A stretch of DNA of 58,885 nucleotides, filler included. It is 6 parts of 6 records of this genome, joined end to end, with 100 filler letters (N's around TTAATTAATTAA, not from the genome) between each part and the next. Parts side by side here need not be neighbours in the genome. Positions count along the whole stretch, not along the records: positions 5,946 to 14,814 come from SRR31147125_19926; positions 14,915 to 26,324 come from SRR31147125_19957; 4 more parts are not named here. One strand, given 5' to 3'. The position numbers and the translations under genes were made by a program. Numbering within the stretch: the first letter of the stretch is position 1; each line of letters opens with the position of its first letter. Below, one piece after another: positions 10,598 through 20,400 of this stretch. The notes under the pieces were generated by a model. That model saw only the letters and a program-made list of their open reading frames with translations, was not told the DNA's origin and searched no databases.

Positions 10598-10849
10598 GTG
10601 AAAGAATATATTGAAGAGAGAGTTTTAACAATAGCTGAGTATATAATTGAAACCAAAAATACCGTTAGAGCTGCAGCTAAGGAGTTTAATGTATCCAAAA
10701 GTACTGTTCATAAAGATATGGCAGAAAGATTACCACAGTTATGTAGAGCATCAGCTGAGGATGTAAGAAAAATTATGGAAATCAATAAAGCAGAAAGACA
10801 TATTAGAGGTGGAAACGCAACAAAAAATAAATACTTGAAAAACAAATAA
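10598..10849 (+). CDS. spoIIID: Stage III sporulation transcriptional regulator SpoIIID
   Basis: YIEER...TVRAAAKEFNVSKSTVHKD..ERL...NKAERHIRGG.AT..KY; AGGAGG RBS, GTG start. Confidence 0.97.
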   Translation: MKEYIEERVLTIAEYIIETKNTVRAAAKEFNVSKSTVHKDMAERLPQLCRASAEDVRKIMEINKAERHIRGGNATKNKYLKNK

Positions 10850-10934
10850 TACAGTGTATAATATCAATAATATTTTATTTTAGTGCAGGTTAGCTTGCGT
10901 GAAAATATATATAGAATATTAAAGGAAAGATATT

Positions 10935-11804
10935 ATGAATGATCTAGTATATTATAATGGCGAATTTACAACATACGACAAAGCAAAAACCATTGTTGAA
11001 GACCGAGGAAATACTTTCGGAGACGGTGTATATGATGCACTTTGCTGTTTAAATAAAAAACCACTGAACCTTAATATGCATATAGATAGATTTTTTGACA
11101 GCATGAAAAAGCTAGATATAAATTGTGAATATAATAAAGATCAAGTTATTGATATTATCTATAAATCTATAGAATTGAGCGATATTATGGATAGCCTTAT
11201 ATACTTTCAAATAACAAGAGGAAGTGTAAGAAGAAGCCATGTTTATAAAGAGGATATGCAAGGTAATTTTTATCTTTCAGTACTGCCAAAACCTAGCTAT
11301 AAAAAGTATCGTATAGCAGGTGGTGCACCAATAATATCGACGGTAGATGAAAGGTGGACTAGATGTGATATCAAGTCTTTGAACTTGCTTGCTAATTGTA
11401 TGGCTGCAAAAAAAGCCAGTGATGCTGGATGCATTGAAGCGCTTTTGATTAGAAACGGCATCGCTGCCGAATGTACTGCAAGCAGTATCTTTTATATAAA
11501 AAATAATATTTTATATACAGAGCCGCTAAGCAATCTTATTTTAGATGGCATAAATAGAAGATGCGTCATAATGATTGCAGATCAGTTAGGATATGAAGTA
11601 TATGAAAAACAATCTACAATTGAAGAATTTTATAATGCTGATGAAGTGTTTATCACATCAGCTACTAAGTTGGTTTTAAGTGTCTGCTGTATTGATAAAA
11701 AACAAATTGGTGATGGGAATTATAAAATGACCGATAAATTATATGACGAATATATTTTATATGCACAAAAGCAGTGCGGAGAAATTGACAAGCTTGAAAT
11801 CTAA
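10935..11804 (+). CDS. dat: Class IV PLP aminotransferase, D-amino acid aminotransferase-like
   Basis: EDRG..FGDGVYD, YFQITRG, RW.RCDIKSLNLL, ILDGINR, ADEVFITS. Confidence 0.85.
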   Translation: MNDLVYYNGEFTTYDKAKTIVEDRGNTFGDGVYDALCCLNKKPLNLNMHIDRFFDSMKKLDINCEYNKDQVIDIIYKSIELSDIMDSLIYFQITRGSVRRSHVYKEDMQGNFYLSVLPKPSYKKYRIAGGAPIISTVDERWTRCDIKSLNLLANCMAAKKASDAGCIEALLIRNGIAAECTASSIFYIKNNILYTEPLSNLILDGINRRCVIMIADQLGYEVYEKQSTIEEFYNADEVFITSATKLVLSVCCIDKKQIGDGNYKMTDKLYDEYILYAQKQCGEIDKLEI

Positions 11805-11825
11805 AGAACAATTTTTTCAAGTATA

Positions 11826-11868
11826 AGTCCGTTAGTTTGTAAGCTTTAATAACTATCGGACTTTTTTA
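11826..11868. terminator. Intrinsic terminator between convergent genes
   Basis: AAGTCCGTTAGTT...AACTATCGGACTT followed by a T-run. Confidence 0.75.
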
Positions 11869-11871
11869 TAT

Positions 11872-12378
11872 CTAAAAAAATTTAGGGATTAGACCTACTG
11901 CTACTAGTGTTGTTATTAGACCTGCTATAATATTACCAATAAATATAGGCGGTAAAGCGTTTCTTAACCTCAATTTTAACATTCCTGCAGCCATAGATCC
12001 TGTCCATACGCCTGTACCAGGTAATGGTATTGCTACAAAAAGCATAAGAGCAATAAAACTCCAAAAAGTAAGCTTTGTATCGTTGGGGTTAATTTCGTTT
12101 CTATTATTTATTTTCGTTTTTGCTTTATCAATTTTATTATTGAGCCAAATTCCAAACTTTGAAATTGCAGGTATTTTACTATTTTTACACAATATCAAAA
12201 TTTTCTCTATTGTTAAAATAATAAATGGGCTGGGTAAAAAACCAAATAGCGTAGCAATTACATAAGTAGCTACAATTGGCGTTTGGTGTATCGGTTGTAA
12301 CATCAATATTGCATATCTTCCTTCAAAAGCTGGTATCATAGAAAAAAATGCAATAATTACGTAAGGCGATATCGACAA
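11872..12378 (-). CDS. COG2426 small multidrug-export-like membrane protein
   Basis: SMIPAFEGRYAI and FVAIPLPGTGVWTG signature, several TM helices. Confidence 0.85.
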   Translation of the reverse strand: MSISPYVIIAFFSMIPAFEGRYAILMLQPIHQTPIVATYVIATLFGFLPSPFIILTIEKILILCKNSKIPAISKFGIWLNNKIDKAKTKINNRNEINPNDTKLTFWSFIALMLFVAIPLPGTGVWTGSMAAGMLKLRLRNALPPIFIGNIIAGLITTLVAVGLIPKFF

Positions 12379-12510
12379 ATTAATATTCCTTCTCTTTCAA
12401 GTTTTTATTATAGTATATTATACTATTGTATCATTTTACTGAATATTTACTATTAATGCAATATAAAGTTTGTTATAATATTATTAATACAAAAATATGG
12501 AGTAATTATT

Positions 12511-13217
12511 TTGCGAAAATGTTTAGGTGCTATAAGAAAGGCATCTGATAAGTTTGATTTGATACAAGATGGAGATAGGATTGCGGTAGGGGTTTCTGGC
12601 GGAAAAGATAGTGTTGCACTTTTATATGCTTTTAATGAATATATAAATTTTTCTGATAAAAAATTTGAGTTTTTTGGCATGTGTATAGACCTTGGCAATC
12701 AAGGTTTTGATATTTCTCCTGTACAACAAATGTGCGAAAAAAACAATATTGAATTTCATACTATAAAAACAGATATAGCCGAAATAGTTTTTGACCGACG
12801 TAAAGAAAAAGCCCTTGTTCGCTTTGTTCGAAGCTTAGAAAAGGTGCGTTGATAAAACAGGCGAAAAGGCTTGGAGCAAATAAAGTAGCGCTTGGTCACC
12901 ATAGAGATGATTTGCTTGAGACTTTTGTCCTTAGTATGATGTACGAAGGCAAGCTTAATGCGTTGGCAGCAAAAACATACTTAGATAGACAAGGCATAAC
13001 TCAGATTAGACCTTTTATTTTTTTGGAAGAAAAGCATATATTGAATTTTGTTAACAAATTTAATTTGCCAATATGCAAAAGTTTTTGTAGGATAGAAGGG
13101 GTTACTAAAAGAAGCGAGGCAAAAGAAATTATAGGCTTTATGGAAAGTAAAAATTCTAACACGCGAAAGATAATGACAACTGCTATAACTAATAATCAGA
13201 CATATAAATTATGGTGA
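12511..13217 (+). CDS. ttcA: tRNA 2-thiocytidine biosynthesis TtcA-family PP-loop ATPase; split by a frameshift near 12806-12810
   Basis: SGGKDS PP-loop; adding one A restores KEKSPCSLCSKLRKGAL; GHHRDD and IRP motifs. Confidence 0.85.
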
Positions 13218-13248
13218 TCATAGATAAATAACTAGGAGGGTACAACTT

Positions 13249-13803
13249 TTGAAACTTAAATATAAATACGATAAAAAAACAGGTGAAATTGTCCTTAACT
13301 ATATGAGGGTTAAAAACAGCAGTAAGTTTAGGTATGATGTTTTAAATGAAATTTTGAATATGGATTTTGAGGATACTACAGTTATTATTGATTCAAATAG
13401 ATGTTCTGAGATCATTGACTTTGAGCAGATAGAAAGCTATATGGATGAACTCGATTTGGATTATAAAACGGTTAAAATCGATGCACTAGATAGATCAATA
13501 ATGGGAATTAATATTTCAAGACTTGGCGGTAAAAGCGAAAAGAATACGCAAAGAGCATATGTAATTAATATGAAAAAAGGTGAGTTCGAAAGTGCTATAT
13601 TTAATGACTTGTTAAAAAATTTTGATATGGCGATTGGTTTTAATAGAAAAATGAGCATAGATGATATTAGTACCGAAGTAAGAGTAGATGGTTTGGATGC
13701 GGTGCTTTTTAATGATGAATGTTTTGAGCAATGCGTATACGATGGTGGGGTGTTCCAGCTTTTAAGAACGTATATTGACATTAGAGAGATTTTAGACAAA
13801 TAA
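13249..13803 (+). CDS. Hypothetical protein
   Basis: 184-aa ORF, AGGAGG RBS, operon context; no recognisable motif. Confidence 0.7.
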   Translation: MKLKYKYDKKTGEIVLNYMRVKNSSKFRYDVLNEILNMDFEDTTVIIDSNRCSEIIDFEQIESYMDELDLDYKTVKIDALDRSIMGINISRLGGKSEKNTQRAYVINMKKGEFESAIFNDLLKNFDMAIGFNRKMSIDDISTEVRVDGLDAVLFNDECFEQCVYDGGVFQLLRTYIDIREILDK

Positions 13804-13820
13804 AGGGAGCTATAGAATAT

Positions 13821-14723
13821 ATGAAAAACATAATGATGCTTGGTCTTGGTGCAATTGGAACATGTGTTGCATCTAGATTTATTGATAATGGGGAAAGTAT
13901 AACAGCACTTTGTGACGAACAGCGTAAACAAAGGTATGAAAAAGATGGATTTATTATTAATGGGAAAAGATATGACTTTGACTACGCAACACCTGAGAGT
14001 TACGGTAAAGTTGCTGATTTGATTATTGTTGCTACAAAGTATCATCACTTACGAGAGGCAATAAAGGATATTGATAAGGTGATAGACGATAATACTGTGA
14101 TACTTTCGATATTAAATGGTGTTGATAGTGAAGAAATTATTGGTGAAAAAACAGGTATAGAAAAAGTGCTTTGTGGATACATCTATAGAATTGATGCTCA
14201 AAAGACAGGCAATGTATGTAATTTTTCTGCAAAAGAGATTATTGCATATGGTGAAGCTGGTGGCGGAATATCTGATAGAGTATTAGAGGTAGAAAAGGCA
14301 TTTAATAGGGCTGGAGTGATTTGTGAGCCTGAGGAGGATATTTTGACCTCAATGTGGTGGAAATATATGGTGAATATTGGTGCGAATCAGGTTAGTTGTA
14401 CATCAAAAGCTAATTATGAAACGTTAACTCAGTTTAAACCAACATGGGAATTAGCAGAAATGGCAATGAGGGAATGCGTTATGGTTGCTAAAGCTAAGGG
14501 TGTTAAGCTTGATGAATCAAGTATTAAGAGAGCCTATGATATTATATGCGAATTGCATCCGGATGGCAAAACATCTATGTATCAGGACGTTATGGCAAAA
14601 AGAAAAACTGAGGTAGAGATGCTTGGGATGAACCTTTCGAAAATGGGCAAAGAACTTGGGATTGAAACACCAGTCAATGATGTTTTGGTTAGGCAAATTC
14701 AAACTATTGAACATCTATATTAA
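13821..14723 (+). CDS. panE: Ketopantoate reductase family protein (ApbA/PanE)
   Basis: GLGAIG, ATK, LNGV, WWKYMVN, TSMYQD....KTEVE. Confidence 0.88.
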   Translation: MKNIMMLGLGAIGTCVASRFIDNGESITALCDEQRKQRYEKDGFIINGKRYDFDYATPESYGKVADLIIVATKYHHLREAIKDIDKVIDDNTVILSILNGVDSEEIIGEKTGIEKVLCGYIYRIDAQKTGNVCNFSAKEIIAYGEAGGGISDRVLEVEKAFNRAGVICEPEEDILTSMWWKYMVNIGANQVSCTSKANYETLTQFKPTWELAEMAMRECVMVAKAKGVKLDESSIKRAYDIICELHPDGKTSMYQDVMAKRKTEVEMLGMNLSKMGKELGIETPVNDVLVRQIQTIEHLY

Positions 14724-14764
14724 ACTATATTATAAAAACTTATTTGATTAAGTGAGGGGATGTT

Positions 14765-14814
14765 ATGAAATATATATCTTGGAATGTTAATGGAATAAGA
14801 GCATGTTTGAAAAA
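14765..14814 (+). CDS. xth: Exodeoxyribonuclease III N-terminus (truncated; missed by the ORF track)
   Basis: MKYISWNVNGIRACLK, the diagnostic ExoIII/AP endonuclease N-terminal motif; GAGGGG RBS. Confidence 0.85.
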
Positions 14815-14914
14815 NNNNNNNNNNNNNNNNNNNNNNNNNNNNNNNNNNNNNNNNNNNNTTAATTAATTAANNNNNNNNNNNNNNNNNNNNNNNNNNNNNN
14901 NNNNNNNNNNNNNN
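14815..14914. other. Artificial contig spacer
   Basis: N44-TTAATTAATTAA-N44. Confidence 0.99.
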
Positions 14915-15190
14915 AGCGACGCTCCAGACGTCACCGCCAAAAGTTGTGGACCATAATTCCTGAGCAATTGTTCCACTTCCGTCAAGACAATAAAGGCGAT
15001 TATCTGATGCTCCAGCGAAAACATCGTCAATCCCGTCAGCGTTGACGTCCTGAACAAGGACCACCTCATTTACATACCAATCCGCAGAATAAGACCACAA
15101 AATTGTTGTGCTTGACTGTGCAAAAATAGTTCCTGTAAAGATACCACCCAATAATAGCAACGGCGCAATAAACCATCCTCTCCACTTCAC
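14915..15190 (-). CDS. Secreted FG-GAP/PQQ-like beta-propeller repeat protein (3'-truncated)
   Basis: Signal peptide ending IFA-Q; DVNADGIDDVFAG Ca-binding repeat; LYCLDG..G..LW. Confidence 0.75.
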
Positions 15191-15274
15191 CTCGGATTCT
15201 CCTTTCGATACTAGAAGTCTTCTAAATATTTGAATTAATGGAAATTTTATACGGATAACTTTTTTCCCAGATAC

Positions 15275-16134
15275 TTAAAAACCTATACCATGCCAGAAAA
15301 GTACGCCAAACCGTACATCATCATAGCTTTCATCATATGGATTGATATACCGGCCATCACGATCCATATAAGCACCTTTTATTGATTCAACAAACAGACT
15401 TATTTCCAATTCTGTCCACGGTTTAACTCGCAGACCAACACCAAATTCAAACTTGTTGTTCCAAAAGTCTCCGTGCTTGTCTATGGAAAAATAATTCACG
15501 GCATAAATATCGAATACCGTCTTGTGAAGCCTGATGAGCCTGGCCCCGGCTTTGATATTCAAATAGGAAATAAAATTATTACTGTCTTTTTTGTAAAAAA
15601 TGGCATCCGCATAGATTTCGTCCCAAAAGGTCAACGGTAACCTGGGGGTCCAGCGATCCGTGTACTCAGCATCAAATCCCTGCCAAAATATCAGGCCGTA
15701 GCGCATATCCTCATAATTGGATCCATAGGGATTGGGATTGTCACTGTTTTCAACATCAAAGTATTTACCCTGAATGTATTCATAAAACAAAGCGAAATAT
15801 ATCTTTTTAAAAAACGCATACGTGCGCCCAGCATGAGTTCACCACGATTGTTCCAATAATCTCTGTTGGCATCGCTACCATAACGTTGTTTTAGATACAG
15901 ATCAATTGTGCTTATTTTAGGTATATGTACCCGCATTCCCTCCAAAACCTGAGCCATCGTGATCATATTATTCCCTTCACGATGGAAATTAATGGTTTCA
16001 TCATAAGCTTCAGCAAAAAATTTTGTAGATATCCCAATTTGGGCCCATACAGGACATGAACACAAACCAATAAGCAAAATAACAAAAGAAATTATTCTGT
16101 TCGATTTTAAATTGATATAACAACGTAACGACAT
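15275..16134 (-). CDS. Predicted outer-membrane beta-barrel with an internal tandem duplication; split by a frameshift near 15804-15814
   Basis: Signal peptide (VWA-Q); two halves D(Y/F)WNN..E..G.R...LF.E.I.G.Y....NPY...Y.D.R(Y/F)G..FW.G; alternating aromatic strands; C-terminal Phe; one added base restores RFFKKIYFALFYE. Confidence 0.7.
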
Positions 16135-16149
16135 CTATTTATAATCCTT

Positions 16150-17430
16150 TTAAAATGTCTCTTGTTCGACAAGTTCCTCAACATCAAAGCGTTCTGTTTT
16201 ATCCCAAACACCCACACGATGACGTCGTAAATCCAGAGATAACGATTTAAAGACAACGTACAGCCATAATTGACAATAAGTAAAATACATGAGCAATACA
16301 TAAATTACATTTGTTAAGGAATCTTCGGATTCATAAGAAAGCACAACGATGATTTCAAGCACAAAAAGGGCATAAGCCGAGATCCAGACACCAAAGTAAG
16401 GTCCCGGTATATCCAGTGCGACGACTCCGAAAGCACTCAAAATAAACAACAAATGTGATAAAACAATGGCTGCTAAAAAAAGATAATAAAGCGCAAAAAG
16501 ATAGATAAACTCCATGACTAAAAATTTACTTTTTAATTTAAATGTATCCGGAGCAAATTTTTTGAGCACATAGTTGTTCCCACGAACCCATCGTGTACGT
16601 TGACGAATCCATACTGACAATTTTTCAGGTTCCTGTTCCCATGTCACACTGAGAGGCACAAATTTAATTTTATAGCCTTTTTGATATATACGAACACTGA
16701 TTTCCGAATCTTCCGTAATGGCTTGCTCGTCCCATCCGCCGCATTCTTCCAGCACCGATTTCCGGATCACATAATTTGTTCCGGGTAAAATAGCTACCTT
16801 TGACATGTGATATCGCCCGGCTTGTAATATCCATTGAAAAGCCATTGTTTCGATATTAATGAATCGGGTTAACCAGTTTCTTGTACGGTTAATGGTGCGA
16901 AATTTGCCGATAACAGCAGCTAAAGAGTTATTTTTTAGAAGATGAGGAACCAGAATATTGAGCGAATCTGGCTGCGGATTATTATCCGCATCATAGATAG
17001 CGACAAGGTCATGGGTGCATTGCTTCAAACCTATATTCAAGGCATAGGCTTTTCCATGCCCGGTGTCTCCTTCAAGGGTTACAAGTTTTATTCGATTATC
17101 TTTCTCAGCCATTTTTTGTACGATAGCTGCGGTATTATCTGTCGAAGCATCATTGATAACAAGGATTTCCAGCAAATCCCCGGGATAGTCCAGTTTTGTA
17201 ATTCGCTGAATGGTACGTTGAATGACGACTTGTTCATTTCGTGCCGGTATCATGATGGACACAGACTGTAACTTCTGCTCATGTGCCTCCAGTTCCTGTT
17301 GTTCAGCATGAATCTTTCGTCGATATCGGTATCCGGCAATGGTTAAAAACAGCTGATAAGCAATCATAAGCCAGGTAATGGATACACTTGTTAGAAATAA
17401 AAAGTCTAATATTGGATGTGAAAAAGGCAA
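16150..17430 (-). CDS. Processive GT2 polysaccharide synthase, YdaM/PssC/IcaA-like
   Basis: IPARNE, INDAS.D, GKAYALN, YDAD, TED, RQRTRW (QxxRW), 1 N-terminal + 3 C-terminal TM segments, W.KTER tail; GKFR.IN...LT.FINIET..FQW strongly recalls B. subtilis YdaM. Confidence 0.9.
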   Translation of the reverse strand: MPFSHPILDFLFLTSVSITWLMIAYQLFLTIAGYRYRRKIHAEQQELEAHEQKLQSVSIMIPARNEQVVIQRTIQRITKLDYPGDLLEILVINDASTDNTAAIVQKMAEKDNRIKLVTLEGDTGHGKAYALNIGLKQCTHDLVAIYDADNNPQPDSLNILVPHLLKNNSLAAVIGKFRTINRTRNWLTRFINIETMAFQWILQAGRYHMSKVAILPGTNYVIRKSVLEECGGWDEQAITEDSEISVRIYQKGYKIKFVPLSVTWEQEPEKLSVWIRQRTRWVRGNNYVLKKFAPDTFKLKSKFLVMEFIYLFALYYLFLAAIVLSHLLFILSAFGVVALDIPGPYFGVWISAYALFVLEIIVVLSYESEDSLTNVIYVLLMYFTYCQLWLYVVFKSLSLDLRRHRVGVWDKTERFDVEELVEQETF

Positions 17431-17449
17431 ATATACCTCCTCATAAAAA

Positions 17450-20400
17450 TCAATTACTAACGGTTCGCTTTCTTCGAACAGAACTCCTAATATACAATAC
17501 AGATAATAAAAATCCGGCAGTAACTCCCAGAAAGATAATAAATCCTGAAATTAACATACTGGCATGTTTCATAAATTGCGTACCACTCGATTGCGTATAG
17601 ATGGTGACGTGATGATGCCCGGCAGGTAGAGGCAGGGAATAACCGAGTTCCCCTCTCACCGCATCGGTTTCCAGTTTTTTATTATCAACGAATATTTCTT
17701 TAGGTTTATCAGTCAAAATGGTCCAGTTTACTGTTCCCGCATTATATTCAAATTTTATTCCTCTGGAAATTGTCTGTGCAGATAAGAGCTCACCGGACAG
17801 ATTAACCAGCCGGGTTGTGGAATTAAACCGATTGGTGACATCTTTTACTCGTGATACGGGTTGAATGGTGTGTTTTCCGGCTGGTAATAAAATTCGACCA
17901 CGGTGGTAAACCGGCCAGATCTTGCCATCTACAAGGACATCCTGATGGTCATCACCATTCAGCAGGGCACTTACAGCATAGGGCGTTTCAACAATCCAAT
18001 CATTCTTTCTCATTTTTTCCCTGGCCTCTGCAGCCATAACGTGGGGAATGATGGGAAAATCAACTTCATAAAGACTTGCTTCAGAGTAAAGAGCGACACG
18101 GGAACCATCTTTTCCAGCTGCACGTGCAAGGCCATAAAGCTCCAGTCCGCTGGGTTGAGCTGTCGACGCATCTGTTTTGTTCATATCTCTGTATGGCACG
18201 ACATTTATATCAAGGATTAATGGGATTTCCGCCTTTATTTTCGAATAGCTAGCAAGGAGCTTTGTATAACGATCGGGGCCCAAAGGCCAGAGAGCCTGGG
18301 GATCTTCAATCTGCAAAGTAAAATGGTAATTTTTGGCTATATCTGCTATCCGTGATGTATTAACAGCAATGGCTTCTCCGATATCCGGAGAGTATATATC
18401 ATCAATGGTTGTTACCATTATTTCCCAGCTTTTATCCAACTCTTTTTCCAGATTGTATAAAAATTCCAGGAATTGATGATGCAACACTACGATTTGATCC
18501 TCCCGAAACTGATTAAATTTTTCTACGGCAGCAGAATTCTTTTTCCAGAAATAGGCCGAACCGGGTTCAAATATTCTTTTGGGGTCAAAACCATATTGCT
18601 GTAAAAAAAGCTGTCGAATCTCGTCATTCATTGGCGTAAACAGATCCGGAGTAGAGTAACCACGTGGGGATTCGTAATATAATTCAGCGAAATTAATTCC
18701 ATCCCATTCAAAATTATCTAATAGGGTACGCATTTCTTGGAAAACAGCTTGTTTACAGGCCAGGATATTTAAAGCCATATTCTTACGCCAGTCAACAATG
18801 GCATCATCCCCTGTAGCCGTTTTTTCACGCCACTGCGGATGGTCCAGCCAAAATTTATCGCTGATATGCGGCAATTCAAACCAGGCATAAACGGACATGG
18901 CATTTTGATGCGCCAGTTCGATCAGTCTGGCATAATCATAAGTATAATCCCGATAAGTGTGCCAGGCAGACACGTATATCTTACGTACACCGTTGCCACG
19001 CCACATTTTGATCAGATCTTCAACACTGATGTCCTCTCTATCTCCAGGTTCAAAATAGACCTCCAATTGGTTCCGACGTAAAGAGGGAACAAGATTAAAT
19101 TGACGCTTTATTAAATCGATAAAATAAGGAAACCGACCATATCCACCATGTGTGACCGGATCAAACAAGGTACCGAAATAGAGGTATTTGCCCTCTCCAT
19201 ACTCGCCACCTATAACAATAGGTAACTCTGATTTTTTATCCGTATAGTATGACACATAATCAATATCCACATCGAATTCCCGCAGGGAATCTGGCTCTTT
19301 CCACGTTATGCCAACCTGGGGAAAATATTCATCAATGACATTCCTGACCTCTACAACATTGTCCTTTTGCACAATGCCAATATTTTGACTAAATACAGAA
19401 TTTTTTCCAATATCATAAAAAGACCGTTTTGCAGAGCATGTAGCAGGAATAAATTCTGTTGTTCATTTATCAATTGAGAGGCCGCATAGCTCAAAATCAG
19501 CAGGTTAATATTATCCGGCACTTCCAGAAAGGTTGAAATATCGATAGTTCGTGCATCCACACCAACACTTGCCAGGGCTTTAATAAAATTATCCTGATCG
19601 ACAGCAAGTTGGCCTTCGGCATTATTATCCACCAATACAGCCGCATTGATAGGTAAAGAATTTTCATCAATTAGTGAATGTTCTTCTTCTTTTAATAACG
19701 TATTCGTCACATTGGGAATTGATGGAATAACACGCTTTATCAATCGTGCCATCAATCCTTTTGGTTTTTCCGATAATTTTTCAGCGACATAAATCCATCC
19801 CTCGGGGACAGTAACCTGTTTATTCATTATAGTTGTCATCGTAGAGTCTGAATAAAACTCGCGCTTGATATGCCCCTCATCATCTAAAAAGAATTCGTGA
19901 AAAAATTCGTTTTCCAGTGTAATTTCCATTGTGCCAGTTCCGGTCAGCACAGTAAAATAAGGTGTGTTAACCCAATTTTCAGTCAGCCTGGGTGAGGTAA
20001 ACTGGTACCCAAGTTTTTTCAATCCTGGCACCAGGTCCTTCAGAACAGAATGATCTACAAAAGGATGAAAAAAGAAACTGGCGACACCATCGCGTATGGC
20101 TAAATTTTTCTCTGCTGCTTTTAATATAGGACCGGCATCGGGAAAATCCAGAGGGATATATCCCATGTTCTCCGGAATCACTTTACCTCCAGCTGTATGA
20201 TTGTAAATCATGTAAGGTAGTAATTGGTCGGAGCCATGCAGATCAACGGTTTGTCTCCGTTCATAGGCCGTACCAAAATAGTTATTGATCACCGCATAAT
20301 CCAGTTGAGAGGCAGCATAATGAGGAGTTTCCCATGCCAATGGATAGATCTTGTTCTTCCAAAATTCTGCAAATCCGGCTAATAGTTTTTGCCGTACAGA

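Noticed and set aside
12800-12852. Programmed frameshifting or phase variation in ttcA and other split genes
   Set aside because: Runs are short, occur across unrelated genes and organisms, and are mostly one base short, which is typical of sequencing error
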